From Podarcis muralis (Eukaryota), in contig NC_135662.1 of assembly GCF_964188315.1 (NCBI RefSeq), positions 61,690,001-61,754,000 of the forward strand: DNA of 64,000 nt, read 5' to 3'. Made by a program: the position numbers and the translations under genes. The notes beneath the pieces are model-generated. The model was not told the origin of the DNA, searched no databases, and worked only from the letters and a program-made list of their open reading frames with translations. Numbering within the stretch: position 1 is the stretch's first letter; each line of letters begins with the position of its first letter. Shown in pieces: positions 63,760 to 64,000 of this stretch.

Positions 63760-64000
63760 TCAAGCGTGGAGGGAGGTGGAGAGGTCAGGTTGGGGTGGGG
63801 ACAGGGCCAAGCGGCAGTGGACCCACACCACACTAGACTGATGGGCAGCAGCTGAGGAGGAGCACCTGCGAGAGGGAAGGAAGGAGGGGGCGAGGGAGGG
63901 AGAGGAAGCCACTCCTTCCCCCTTATCTCTATTGTCACTTGTGCTGGGCTGGGCTCCTTGCCAGCCGCACCAACAGCGATGCAACCGCCATCTTGGGCTG
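63760..64000. promoter_or_regulatory. GC-rich edge of a probable promoter/CpG island with YY1-type motif
   Basis: Abrupt GC rise, several CpGs, CCGCCATCTTG at 63985-63995 (minus strand CAAGATGGCGG). Confidence 0.45.

Noticed and set aside
1-64000. Fanzor/TnpB, intact transposase, integrase or endogenous viral ORF
   Set aside because: No ORF in the track is long enough or shows RuvC, DDE or viral motifs; only short LINE and DIRS remnants are present.

Overview
Eukaryotic DNA, almost certainly from a squamate reptile and most likely a lacertid lizard. This is inferred from Sauria SINEs, BovB 3' fragments, Squam-type SINEs and lizard-type CR1/L2/RTE/L1 fragments. The window is AT-rich, repeat-dense and intron- or intergenic-like. 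I could not confidently recognise any host protein-coding gene, and most ORFs in the track are chance ORFs or TE-derived. Well supported: 9 Sauria SINEs, 3 BovB 3' fragments, L1, L2, CR1 and RTE fragments, many hAT and Tc1/mariner MITEs with TSDs, a solo LTR, and a decayed DIRS tyrosine-recombinase retroelement with an ICR-like hairpin. The most striking structure is a 1.7-kb Tc2-like non-autonomous transposon carrying about 7.5 near-identical 140-bp tandem units, inserted into the TSD of a Sauria SINE. Speculative: a phase-compatible chain of small minus-strand exons that could encode a type I membrane glycoprotein, and a GC-rich YY1-motif promoter edge at the right end. No CRISPR array, TnpB/Fanzor or intact transposase was seen.
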